NCBI RefSeq assembly: GCF_027347335.1
Contig: NZ_DAIEQX010000066.1
Source of the DNA: Hydrotalea sp.
GTDB lineage: Bacteria > Bacteroidota > Bacteroidia > Chitinophagales > Chitinophagaceae
DNA: 64,000 nucleotides
Reading direction: 5' to 3' (one strand)
Position numbers and translations under genes: made by a program. Below the pieces are notes generated by a model, which was not told the DNA's origin, did not search any database, and saw only the letters and a list, made by a program, of their open reading frames with translations. Below are positions 41,536-52,829 of this stretch, piece after piece; the first letter of the stretch is position 1; each line of letters begins with the position of its first letter.

Positions 41536-42150
41536 TTATTGCGTATCATTTTTTATGGCAGAAAGCTTTTTGCCTAAAAATACAAAAAACAGGCCCATTA
41601 CGGCGAATACAACAAATAATACACCTGCATTGATAAAAGTTTGTTGCCATCCTATTTGTAAAATATTGACAAACGGATATGGATAAAAACCTGATAATGA
41701 TCCCCTGATCAAAATGACTATCAAATATAACAATGGATATATGAGCCATCCTGCAATTTGCCGGTACTGCACTAACCTTCTCGCTTCATACAAATACCAA
41801 TATAAAATTACCAGCAATGGGTTTACAGAATGTAACATTTCATCAACCGGCTTTTGCAAACCGGTTGGCTGCCATAAAGGCCGCAAAACAATTTGATATA
41901 CAAGGCCAACTATGGTTATATAAACAGCAATGGCAGTTAATGATCCGGGGTTAGATAATATTTTTTTTCCTGTAAATTGTACAGTAAAATAAAAAGCAGC
42001 TAAGGTATTGGTAAGAATGGTGAAAAAACTAAAAAAACGAACCAGGGTTTCAGTAATACCGGCAGTTCTGTTTTGCAGTATCAAATACAATTGCATAACA
42101 ACCGATAGCATGAGGATACAGGCAAACAGCAATGCTATTTTTTTTCGCAT
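41536..42150 (-). CDS. Integral membrane protein (Pr6Pr/FAR-17a-like)
   Basis: ~6 TM segments and an FFTILTN motif. The probable start is MRKKIALLF at 42150; the ORF is open to 42246. Confidence 0.5.
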   Translation of the reverse strand: MRKKIALLFACILMLSVVMQLYLILQNRTAGITETLVRFFSFFTILTNTLAAFYFTVQFTGKKILSNPGSLTAIAVYITIVGLVYQIVLRPLWQPTGLQKPVDEMLHSVNPLLVILYWYLYEARRLVQYRQIAGWLIYPLLYLIVILIRGSLSGFYPYPFVNILQIGWQQTFINAGVLFVVFAVMGLFFVFLGKKLSAIKNDTQ

Positions 42151-42246
42151 AAGGTTATATTTAATGCCATTTGCACAAACAAAACTGTACGTAAATGCGA
42201 ATAGTGCAACAAAACAGCAAACAAATGGCTCAACAATATAACACAA

Positions 42247-42375
42247 TTAAATAAAATTGCTTAAAATATCAATAACTGCCAATGCTATTAACCCCATGAA
42301 TAATGTACTGGTGGAATATACCCGCAGCATGGGTTCATATCGAGAGAAGAAAATTTAGCAACTACAGCCAAAAAA
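42247..42375 (-). pseudogene. Relic copy of the 3' end (~40 codons) of a GntP-family permease gene
   Basis: The minus strand reads FLAVVAKFSSLDMN / PMLRVYSTSTLFMGLIALAVIDILSNFI*, with a 1-nt indel between the two parts. The intact gene ends YFWVVAKFSSLNIKPMLRAYTIATLFMGLMALAVIYIFSIFM*. Nucleotide blocks ATTAACCCCATGAATAATGTA, CCCGCAGCATGGG and AGAGAAGAAAATTTAGCAAC are identical to 51512..51598. Confidence 0.8.
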
Positions 42376-42707
42376 GCAGTAATTATGAACAGATGTTGTG
42401 TTGTTAATGTCAGTCTTGAATGAAACTTATTATCGATTTGTTTAAATATAGGGCACATGACCAACAAATATTTGGTACTTAATATATTAGTTGATTTAAA
42501 AAATTTGATGCCTAATTGTATTATGAAATTGTTAACCTGCAGTGGTGTTTAGTTCGGGTGTTTTTTATTCGTTTATTATTCAATTGTTATAAGTTGAAGT
42601 TATTTTTATCTATTTTAATTAATCAGTAACCTGTTTTCACAGATTCAAACCCGCCCATTTAAATACATCGGTGTAAATTTACCCAATAATTGGATGACAT
42701 ATCTAAA

Positions 42708-43352
42708 ATGAAATTAATTATAATAACAACTCCAGAAAATTTGCCTAATGAAACTGTAATGATCAACCAGATGTTTGAATTAGGTTTAGAGCGGCTTCAC
42801 ATACGAAAACCAAAAGCGGGAATAGAAGATTATCGAAAATATCTTGATCAAATAAATCCAATATATCACCACTTAATTTCGGTTCATGCATTTCCGGAAC
42901 TTTTAAAAGACTTTACTACAATTGGATTTCATTGTACAGGAAAAATAATTAATAACTCTACAAAAATGGATTTTGTATTTTCAAATAATCCTAAAATAAT
43001 ATCCGCCTCTTTTCATTCATGGGAAGAATTGAAAAACAACAATTACCCATTTGATTATATTTTTATTAGTCCCATTTTCAATAGCATGTCGAAACCCGGA
43101 TATACTGGAAACATAGCTATTAATAGGATACAATCTTCCCGTTTGGCAATTAAAATGGAAAAGAAATTTTGTCCAAAAATTATTGGATTGGGTGGTATTT
43201 CAGAAACAAATATGCATGTATTATACAATGCCGGTTTTGAAGGGGTTGCAATTATTGGAAATATTTGGTTAATGCCAAACGCGGTAACCAGGTTTATTTT
43301 ATTAAAAAATTATTTATCAAATTTAAATGAGGGTAAAGGCCAAAACACGTAA
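42708..43352 (+). CDS. Thiamine-phosphate synthase superfamily protein (ThiE/TenI-like paralog)
   Basis: LHIRKPK, SFHSWEEL and GLGGI motifs of the TMP-TENI fold. The ORF is open from a TTG at 42690. Confidence 0.65.
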   Translation: MKLIIITTPENLPNETVMINQMFELGLERLHIRKPKAGIEDYRKYLDQINPIYHHLISVHAFPELLKDFTTIGFHCTGKIINNSTKMDFVFSNNPKIISASFHSWEELKNNNYPFDYIFISPIFNSMSKPGYTGNIAINRIQSSRLAIKMEKKFCPKIIGLGGISETNMHVLYNAGFEGVAIIGNIWLMPNAVTRFILLKNYLSNLNEGKGQNT

Positions 43353-44312
43353 CTAAAAATTATATTCAAATGAAAGTTGCCAATACCCAATAACACCAAT
43401 ACCTGCAAAAGAGCCAACCGGAAGATACATATTAGCAGTAGGGCGTATACTAAATGATCCCAAATCAATTTCAGATTCGATGCCTAAACCAATATTATTA
43501 AGGTTAAAAGATTCAGCCATATTAGAAGAATATATGTAGTTGGCAGGTATTATGGTTCCGCTGCTCCGGGAAGCACCACCGGTATTCCTACCCCTTCCGT
43601 TAGCAGCGGCAGATCGATTAGCCGATGCCGCCGCTGCACTGTTTTTTACAATCTTAGTAAATTTTTTATTTCGGCCAATATATTTTGTAATGTTTAAAAG
43701 TGAAAAATACTGATTGGTACCTGCATTTAAAGTGAGAGATGGACTAATTAAATAGCTGGCATTTTTTTTACTCCAACTAAATGCATGACTTATGCCAACC
43801 GTAGCGCCGATATCATATGCGGAAGTGGAAGAAATATTTTCAGTATCTTTCCCAAATCCAATACCAGCCTGAATAAACGGACGAACCCAGCCTTTTTTAT
43901 AAGTCAGTGAAGTATATATTTCATTATTCAAGGGAGTATAAGGAATACTTGTATTACCAGTAAAAAAATAGTGGCTGTAATCTAAAACATAATCCCAAAT
44001 TTTTTTATCATATTGTTCTATTCCTGCAGTTATTATATGAGCATAAATACCCGGAGTTGCGCCTCCTATAACGAATTTTGGTGAATATATAATACCAATA
44101 CCATTATCATTCCTGTATGAAAAACAGGGAGACATGGAAAAGCTATTTACAAAACTTGTGTCGGTTCCTGATATACTATACACAGGTATCGGCTCTATAT
44201 TCAATCCAATTGAAGGATGCCACTTACTCCCAATATTAGTACTGTCATTGTTTTGGGTATTTCCAATTGAGAAAATTGCAAGAAAACAAATTAGTAAAAA
44301 TAGATTTTTCAT
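43353..44312 (-). CDS. Hypothetical outer-membrane beta-barrel protein, last gene of the thi operon
   Basis: Signal peptide (MKNLFLLICFLAIFSIGNTQ), alternating hydrophobic beta-strand pattern, an Ala/Arg/Gly/Ser-rich loop and the C-terminal sequence FEYNF. No family recognised. Confidence 0.55.
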   Translation of the reverse strand: MKNLFLLICFLAIFSIGNTQNNDSTNIGSKWHPSIGLNIEPIPVYSISGTDTSFVNSFSMSPCFSYRNDNGIGIIYSPKFVIGGATPGIYAHIITAGIEQYDKKIWDYVLDYSHYFFTGNTSIPYTPLNNEIYTSLTYKKGWVRPFIQAGIGFGKDTENISSTSAYDIGATVGISHAFSWSKKNASYLISPSLTLNAGTNQYFSLLNITKYIGRNKKFTKIVKNSAAAASANRSAAANGRGRNTGGASRSSGTIIPANYIYSSNMAESFNLNNIGLGIESEIDLGSFSIRPTANMYLPVGSFAGIGVIGYWQLSFEYNF

Positions 44313-44405
44313 TTTTTATATGCATTCGTAAGTGATAGGATTAGTATAAATATCAGATACAAATCGGTTTGCTTTTGTTGCATAGTATTTTTTAAAAAAA
44401 ATATA

Positions 44406-45467
44406 CTATATATTATAGCCGTTAATTCCTTTTTCTAAACTGTAAATTTCTTTAAACCCTTTACCCAGCAAGAATTGCGCGGCTTTCTTGCTTCGCTGGC
44501 CAGCTGCACAATACACTACTGTTAATGATGCGGGATTTAAATTTTTATAAGAATCTTCTAATTTGTTTAAAGGAATATTTAGCCCCCCGATATTTTTTTC
44601 ATGATGCTCATCTGCCTCACGAACATCAATCAGCTGCAATTCCTTATATGCTAATAATTCCAACAAAGTATTTAAATCAATATAATAATTTTTTTCAGCG
44701 GCATGTGTCGGTTTAGAATGTAATGCAGTAATTGTTTTATTAAGCGGATTAGCTTGAAAGTGATATACCTGAAAGTGCATGGACGTTACATCTATTACCA
44801 ATAACTTACCGGAAAGTATTCCTTTTTGCCCGGTAATTATTTTTACCACTTCATTTGCTAAAATGGTTCCAACAATTCCCGGCAAAGTTGCAACCACACC
44901 AATTTCTGCACAATTTGGCATATCGTCATCTCCGGGCGGTTCGGGAAATATACATCTGTAAGTTGGACCATTCTGAAAATTAAATACCGATACCTGACCT
45001 TCAAATTTATAAATAGAACCAAAAACAAGTGGCTTGTTTTTTATAACACAAGCATCATTTACTAAGTATCGGGCAGTAAAATTATCTGAGCCATCCACCA
45101 CAATATCATATTGTTCAATAACAGAAAGTGCATTTCCCGGGGTTATAAACGCATTGATGTGTGTTACATTCACCAATGGATTGATTGCTTTTGCTTTTTG
45201 AGATGCAACTATTGCTTTAGATAATCCAACATTTGATGGTGCGTATAAAATTTGCCTTTGCAAATTGCTTTCTTCTACAATATCACCATCCATTATTGTA
45301 ATGTGCCCAACACCTGCAGCAGTAAGATATTGAAGCAGGGGGCATCCCAAACCTCCGGCACCAATAATCAGCACTTTAGCTGCTTTCAGTTTTAATTGCC
45401 CTTCAACGCCAATTTCGGGTAAAATTAAATGACGTTGATAACGTATTTGCTCTTGGGTAGTTAGCAT
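44406..45467 (-). CDS. thiF: ThiS/MoaD adenylyltransferase (ThiF/MoeB family) with a C-terminal rhodanese domain
   Basis: GAGGLGCP nucleotide loop, the E1-like core and a rhodanese active-site loop (YCAAGQRS). Sits in a thi operon context. Confidence 0.8.
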   Translation of the reverse strand: MLTTQEQIRYQRHLILPEIGVEGQLKLKAAKVLIIGAGGLGCPLLQYLTAAGVGHITIMDGDIVEESNLQRQILYAPSNVGLSKAIVASQKAKAINPLVNVTHINAFITPGNALSVIEQYDIVVDGSDNFTARYLVNDACVIKNKPLVFGSIYKFEGQVSVFNFQNGPTYRCIFPEPPGDDDMPNCAEIGVVATLPGIVGTILANEVVKIITGQKGILSGKLLVIDVTSMHFQVYHFQANPLNKTITALHSKPTHAAEKNYYIDLNTLLELLAYKELQLIDVREADEHHEKNIGGLNIPLNKLEDSYKNLNPASLTVVYCAAGQRSKKAAQFLLGKGFKEIYSLEKGINGYNI

Positions 45468-45479
45468 ACAAATTATTTT

Positions 45480-46583
45480 CTACACAAAGGGCTCCCAGTC
45501 TTTCCATACCGGTTGATAACCCTTTCGTTTTATCATGGCTACAATTTCTGCCGGTGTTCGGCTATCATCTATTTCAAATTGCTCTAAAGATTCTATTGAA
45601 GTAACATATCCGCCCGGATTTGTTTTAGAACCTGCACTCATACTGGTAATACCAAGCTCAATAATATTATCTCTGAAATTTTCATTTTCGCGGGTTGAGA
45701 TAGACAACTCAACTTCTTCATTAAAGAGTCGCCATGCACAAATTAGTTGCACCAATTCTTTATCACTCATCACAACCTTTGGTTCTATAAAACCCTCTGC
45801 CGGCCTTAATCGGGGAAAAGAAATACTATATTTTGTTTTCCAATAGGTTTTTTCGAGATAACTTAAATGTAAGGCGGTAAACAAATTATCTGTTCGCCAG
45901 TCTTCCAATCCTATTAATACGCCCAAACCAATTTTATGAATGCCTGCTTTACCAAGTCTGTCGGGTGTTCCCAATCTATAATCAAAATTTGATTTTTTTC
46001 CCTTTAAATGGTGCAAGTGATAATCTGCTTTATGATAAGTTTCCTGATAAACAAGTACCGTATGCAGTCCTGCGGCGATTAAGGTTGAATAGTCCGCTTT
46101 ATCCATGGGTTGCACTTCCATAGAAATATTGGCAAAATGGGGTTTTAGTAAAGTAATTGCCTGTTGAATATAGGGAACCCCCACGGTTCTATTGGCTTCG
46201 CCTGTTACCAACAAGATATGCTCGAAACCCTGTTCTTTTAAATACATCGCTTCCTGCATCAACTCAGTTTGGGTTAAAGTTTTCCTTGCCAGCTTATTAT
46301 TGTAACTAAAACCACAATAGGTGCATATATTTTGGCACTCATTTGATAAATACAATGGTATATACAACTGTACTGTTTTTCCAAAGCGTTTTTGTGTTAG
46401 TTTGTGGCTGAGTGCGGCCATCTGTTGCAGAAAAGGAAGGGCTGCCGGGGAAATCAATGCTTTAAAGTCTTCTAAATTTCGTTTATATTTACGTAAAGCA
46501 ATCTCAACATCAGGCGCTTTTTTATTGTAAATACTTTCTTTTATTGTATCCCAGTTTAATAAATCATATTGTTCCTGAAACAT
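45480..46583 (-). CDS. thiH: 2-iminoacetate synthase (radical SAM)
   Basis: CQNICTYCGF radical-SAM cluster motif, ThiH length and position next to thiG. Confidence 0.85.
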   Translation of the reverse strand: MFQEQYDLLNWDTIKESIYNKKAPDVEIALRKYKRNLEDFKALISPAALPFLQQMAALSHKLTQKRFGKTVQLYIPLYLSNECQNICTYCGFSYNNKLARKTLTQTELMQEAMYLKEQGFEHILLVTGEANRTVGVPYIQQAITLLKPHFANISMEVQPMDKADYSTLIAAGLHTVLVYQETYHKADYHLHHLKGKKSNFDYRLGTPDRLGKAGIHKIGLGVLIGLEDWRTDNLFTALHLSYLEKTYWKTKYSISFPRLRPAEGFIEPKVVMSDKELVQLICAWRLFNEEVELSISTRENENFRDNIIELGITSMSAGSKTNPGGYVTSIESLEQFEIDDSRTPAEIVAMIKRKGYQPVWKDWEPFV

Positions 46584-46595
46584 AATTTTTATTTT

Positions 46596-47372
46596 TTATA
46601 AAGTAGCCAGAAATTGTGTAAACGGACTACTTGCTGCTGCCATATTGTTTTCTTCTGCTAATCCGGCCAAATACCCCATTCTACCAGCTTCCACTGCTTT
46701 TTTAAATGCCGCGCCCATCTCTACGGGGTTTGCTGCTACAGCAATGGCCGTATTCACAAGCACTGCGGCGGCGCCCATTTCCATAGCGGCAGCAGCATGA
46801 CTTGGCGAACCAATTCCTGCATCAACAATAACTGGAACTTTGCTTTGTTCAATAATAATAGATAAAAAATCTTTGGTGAGTAGTCCTTTATTGCTGCCAA
46901 TAGGTGCACCTAATGGCATTACTGCTGCAACACCCACTTCTTCCAATCGTTTACATAATACCGGATCAGCATGTATATAGGGCAAAACAATAAATCCCAA
47001 CCTCACCAGTTCTTCTGCCGCCAACAAAGTTTCTATAGGATCGGGTAATAGATATTTCGGATCGGGATGAATTTCTAATTTAAGCCAGTTCGTTCCCAGT
47101 GCTTCTCTGGCTAATTGAGCTGCAAAGACTGCCTCTTTTGCATTCCGAACACCAGATGTATTAGGAATTAACTGAAACTGGCTATTTTGTAAATAGGGTA
47201 TAATTTCATCGTCGGAAGATACAAATTCCATTCTTTTCAACGCTACCGTTACCAATTCAGAGCCTGATGCCAATAAAGCCTCCTGCATGAGTAAATGATT
47301 CCCAAATTTTCCGGTACCTGTTAAAAGCCTGCTACCAAAAGGCGTTCCTGCTATTATTAACGGATCATTCAT
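46596..47372 (-). CDS. thiG: Thiazole synthase
   Basis: [26 protein letters not shown] and VLVNTAIA motifs. Confidence 0.95.
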   Translation of the reverse strand: MNDPLIIAGTPFGSRLLTGTGKFGNHLLMQEALLASGSELVTVALKRMEFVSSDDEIIPYLQNSQFQLIPNTSGVRNAKEAVFAAQLAREALGTNWLKLEIHPDPKYLLPDPIETLLAAEELVRLGFIVLPYIHADPVLCKRLEEVGVAAVMPLGAPIGSNKGLLTKDFLSIIIEQSKVPVIVDAGIGSPSHAAAAMEMGAAAVLVNTAIAVAANPVEMGAAFKKAVEAGRMGYLAGLAEENNMAAASSPFTQFLATL

Positions 47373-47392
47373 TTTAATTATGTATTAATATT

Positions 47393-48025
47393 TTAAAATG
47401 TATTTACAGATATTATTTTGTGATATTGCTGCATGACTCTTTGTGCTGCATGCAACATATTTTTTTCTTTAACAATTGCTCCCGACACCGCAATGCCATA
47501 TAATCCCGTGTACAAAAGTGGAGCCATATCCTCAATTTCTACACCTCCGATACCAATCACCGGCGGCACACGAATGTTTAATTTTTTTAATTCGTTAAAA
47601 ATGGTTTTATATCCTTTTAACCCAAGTATTGGGCTGAGTTTTTGTTTTGTAGTGGTAAAACGGAATGGGCCCAGCCCAATATAATCAGCAGTGCTATCAC
47701 TTAAAATGATTATATCGTCGATTGTGTTTGCTGTACAACCAATCATGTAATTATTCCCTAATAATTTTCGGGCATCGGTTATTGGCATATCTTCTTTTCC
47801 TATATGTACCCCGTCGGCTTTAATATCAAATACCAACTCCACATTATCATCTATAATAAATACAGCCCCATATTGTTTACATACCTGTTGAACAGCTAAG
47901 GCAATTGTTTTGTAATGCGCATACTCTACCTGCTTTAAACGGAGTTGTATCCATTTTACACCACCACTACATGCTGCAGCAGCCTGTTCGGCAGAAGAAG
48001 CAATGAATTGTACGGGCTGAATCAT
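47393..48025 (-). CDS. thiE: Thiamine-phosphate synthase
   Basis: IQLRLK, DGVHIGKED and DYIGLGPFRFTTTK motifs. Confidence 0.85.
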   Translation of the reverse strand: MIQPVQFIASSAEQAAAACSGGVKWIQLRLKQVEYAHYKTIALAVQQVCKQYGAVFIIDDNVELVFDIKADGVHIGKEDMPITDARKLLGNNYMIGCTANTIDDIIILSDSTADYIGLGPFRFTTTKQKLSPILGLKGYKTIFNELKKLNIRVPPVIGIGGVEIEDMAPLLYTGLYGIAVSGAIVKEKNMLHAAQRVMQQYHKIISVNTF

Positions 48026-48039
48026 ATATTAGTTTAACT

Positions 48040-48789
48040 TTAATAGTGATATCCGATAAGTGAATTGCTACTGGAAAGAAAATGATGCGTATATTTTACA
48101 GCGGCTTCGGCAGCTTGTTCTATTTTCAAACCATTTGCCAATGCAGTTATGAGCGCTGATGATAAAACACAACCACTGCCGTGTTTGCTTCCTTTGGGTA
48201 ATCGTTCGTGTTTATAATGATAGCTGTTTTTATGATAGTAAAGTATATCTATAACTGTTCCCTGATGGGTTGTATGACCACCCTTTAAATAAACTGCACA
48301 AGACTTACTGATTTCATGAAGCAATTGGAGGTATTGTGCGCCAAATAAAATTTCTGCTTCAGGAAGATTGGGAGTTATAACATTTACTGAATTTAAAATA
48401 TTTTCTAATAAATTTTTTTCAATGCAGTGATGAAATAAAAATCCTGCACTGGCCTTCAGGATGGGATCCCAAACAATAATAGCATCTGGAATTTTTTTTC
48501 TTAAAAACAGCAGAAGCGCATACAATTCAACAGGGTTTTGAACTATGCCAATTTTAATGTACCTGACATCAAATCTATTCGTTAAAATATTTATTTGCTC
48601 CCGGATGTCTTTTAAAGAAACCCATTCCACTCTTTCAAAAACAATATCATTTTGCCAGGTATTGGCAGAAAGAACGCCCAACCCATACCCGCCATTTGCT
48701 TCAATGGTTTTTATATCAGAGAGAATGCCGGCTCCGCCACTCGGATCAAATCCTGCAATTGTTAATATATAGGGTCTTGTAGCTGTCAT
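48040..48789 (-). CDS. thiD: Hydroxymethylpyrimidine/phosphomethylpyrimidine kinase
   Basis: LTIAGFDPSGGAGILSDIKT and the GSGCVLSSAL anion-hole motif. Confidence 0.9.
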   Translation of the reverse strand: MTATRPYILTIAGFDPSGGAGILSDIKTIEANGGYGLGVLSANTWQNDIVFERVEWVSLKDIREQINILTNRFDVRYIKIGIVQNPVELYALLLFLRKKIPDAIIVWDPILKASAGFLFHHCIEKNLLENILNSVNVITPNLPEAEILFGAQYLQLLHEISKSCAVYLKGGHTTHQGTVIDILYYHKNSYHYKHERLPKGSKHGSGCVLSSALITALANGLKIEQAAEAAVKYTHHFLSSSNSLIGYHY

Positions 48790-48791
48790 CC

Positions 48792-50675
<1,884 letters not shown>

Positions 50676-50701
50676 TTAATAGTATTTAATAAATAATTAA
50701 A

Positions 50702-50905
50702 TTATCCACCCTGCGAAGCACGAATCAAAACAAGGTGATCATTTGGTAGTAATTTATATTCGTCCCAGTCTTTTTTTGGAATAACGGTATTGTTAACTGC
50801 CACTGCAATCCCGTTACAGGAAGTAATTGCAAGCTTTTCTAATGCCTTTGCAATAGTTTGTGCATCAGATAATTCTATCAGAGCATCATTTAAATAAATA
50901 GTCAT
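50702..50905 (-). CDS. thiS: Sulfur carrier protein ThiS
   Basis: 67 aa, ubiquitin-like, ends in GG. First gene after the TPP riboswitch. Confidence 0.85.
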   Translation of the reverse strand: MTIYLNDALIELSDAQTIAKALEKLAITSCNGIAVAVNNTVIPKKDWDEYKLLPNDHLVLIRASQGG

Positions 50906-50984
50906 ATACCATTAATAATGGAGAAACAAAAAATTAACAATAAGCTTTAGGAAATACAAGAAAGCAGCAAAACAGGAAGTATAT

Positions 50985-51058
50985 ACTTTTCCCTTCGCAG
51001 GCATTATCCTGATCAGGTAAAGGGTATCATCTCAGCCTTATTCGGCACCCCTAAAGCA
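50985..51058 (-). promoter_or_regulatory. TPP (THI-box) riboswitch
   Basis: Minus strand: AGGGGUGCCGAAUAAGGCUGAGAUGAUACCCUUUACCUGAUCAGGAUAAUGCCUGCGAAGGGAA. This matches the conserved GGGGUGC / CUGAGA / ACCUGAUC.GGAUAAUGCC.GCGAAGGGA elements. Confidence 0.9.
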
Positions 51059-51061
51059 ATT

Positions 51062-51069
51062 CAAAAGTA
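51062..51069 (-). promoter_or_regulatory. Candidate -7 promoter box (TAnnTTTG) of the thi operon
   Basis: The minus strand reads TACTTTTG immediately upstream of the riboswitch aptamer. Confidence 0.4.
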
Positions 51070-51482
51070 TAGTATTCCCTCAATATAAAAGAATTAAAAA
51101 CTTTAGGTGAAGATTAAAAACTTGTGAATCACAGGTTATAGTAAGGTTGCGATTTTCGGATATAGCCCCTTATTAGCATTTTATTAACTACTTTTTCTTG
51201 CACTTATGTTGCTTAGCTTTACTTCTGCATTTTCACCTCCTGTTGTGTTTCAAACTCCGGGTTAGCTTACTTTTGAAAACCAGTCTTATTTTACACCAAA
51301 CCTACTCTCTGATGTTCATTTATTCTGACAGGTATAAAGTTGTGTAAAACAGGTTTTGGATTTAAAATACTAGTTTCTGCCTGCCTGTCAATCACCATAA
51401 CATGATAGAAAAAGGGTTTGTGAATCTTGCAATAGGCAATCCAAAAAGTTTTACCATAAGCTAAACTTAGTATATAAAACAA

Positions 51483-51617
51483 TTACATAAAAATGCTGAA
51501 AATATAAATGACAGCCAATGCCATTAACCCCATGAATAATGTAGCGATGGTATATGCCCGCAGCATGGGCTTTATGTTTAGAGAAGAAAATTTAGCAACC
51601 ACCCAGAAATAAGAATC
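51483..51617 (-). repeat. Intact-copy partner of the gntP 3'-end direct repeat
   Basis: Same orientation as 42247..42375, roughly 80-85% nucleotide identity by eye over ~88 nt. Confidence 0.8.
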
Positions 51618-52799
51618 GTTAGGATGTGATACAATCATAGAACCGGCACCCATTGCCAACACACATAAAATGGTTCCGTTGGCGGTGGCCAATCCTAAAA
51701 CAGGTAAAAATGGCAATACAACAGATGCAGTGGTAATTACAGCAACGGTTGTAGAACCCTGTGCGGTTTTTAAAATTACAGCCACCAAAAAAGGAAACAA
51801 TAAACCCAAATTATGAAGCGGTAATTGTGCCGCATATGTGCCCATATTTGTGGATGCCAAAACCGCGCCAAATGCGCCTCCGGCAGAAGTAATCATTAAT
51901 ATATTAGCGGCCTTATTAATAGCACTTTGTAAAACTAATTGTATACCATTTGCGTTATGTTTTAGTATATGCACTAATGTAAATAATACGCCAATCGTTA
52001 ATGCAACAACAGGATTGCCAATCACTATCCAGGCATGCAGCCCTTGTGCAGGTGCCAAATAAGTAGTGGCAATTGATTTTGTTGCAATCAATATAATGGG
52101 AACAACAACAGGCAAAAAAGCCGTTATTACAGAAGGATATTGCGTTGTAGCGTTAGTTATAGTTGTTTCATTTACCTGTTCATATTTATCTGCCCATTTC
52201 CTGCCCGCATATATTGCCCAAAAATATCCGATGAACATAGTTGGTAAGGCTACTATCATTCCCATCCACAAAAGTTTACCTATACCTACCTGCAATACAC
52301 CTGCAGCGGCTGAAATGCCCGGGTGCGGCGGTACAAATGCGTGTACAGCAAATAATCCGGTTGATAAACATACTGCCAATACAATCATTGGTATTCCGGT
52401 TTTTTTAGTTAATTGATGATTTAACCCGCTTAACACTACATAACCGGAATCACAAAAAACAGGTAATCCAACTAAAAAGCCTGTAATGCTCATGGCAAAA
52501 GCAGTATTTTTTTCACCCACTAATTTTAAAATAAATTGTGCCATAACGGTGGTGCTATGGCTATATTCTAACAAAGCACCTAAAGTAGTACCTAAAACAA
52601 TCAACAACCCTAAAGATTGCATGGTATTACCCAATCCTGTTTTCATGGCTGTTATTAACGTTTCTGCCGGTAATTGCACTCCAAGGCCTACTACTATTGC
52701 TGCCATGCACAAGGCAAAAAATGGCTGCCACCGGTATTTTACCGTTAGTACAACCAGTAAAAACAACGCTGCAATAAATACTATCAATAGTTGTAGCAT
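51483..52799 (-). CDS. GntP-family (gluconate/glycerate:H+) permease
   Basis: 438 aa, ~12 TM, GntP_permease pattern (VFCDSGYVVL, TAQGSTTVA, SHPNDSYFW). Confidence 0.85.
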   Translation of the reverse strand: MLQLLIVFIAALFLLVVLTVKYRWQPFFALCMAAIVVGLGVQLPAETLITAMKTGLGNTMQSLGLLIVLGTTLGALLEYSHSTTVMAQFILKLVGEKNTAFAMSITGFLVGLPVFCDSGYVVLSGLNHQLTKKTGIPMIVLAVCLSTGLFAVHAFVPPHPGISAAAGVLQVGIGKLLWMGMIVALPTMFIGYFWAIYAGRKWADKYEQVNETTITNATTQYPSVITAFLPVVVPIILIATKSIATTYLAPAQGLHAWIVIGNPVVALTIGVLFTLVHILKHNANGIQLVLQSAINKAANILMITSAGGAFGAVLASTNMGTYAAQLPLHNLGLLFPFLVAVILKTAQGSTTVAVITTASVVLPFLPVLGLATANGTILCVLAMGAGSMIVSHPNDSYFWVVAKFSSLNIKPMLRAYTIATLFMGLMALAVIYIFSIFM

Positions 52800-52829
52800 A
52801 AGGTTAATTTAAATGTTGAAGAAAATCTA

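Noticed and set aside
42376-42707. Possible second TPP riboswitch upstream of the thiE/tenI-like gene.
   Set aside because: No CTGAGA, GGGGTGC or ACCTGATC-type THI-box elements occur on either strand of this spacer.
51291-51482. 63-aa ORF immediately after the gntP stop.
   Set aside because: It is a TTG-initiated continuation of the gntP frame past its stop, with no similarity and no independent start signal.
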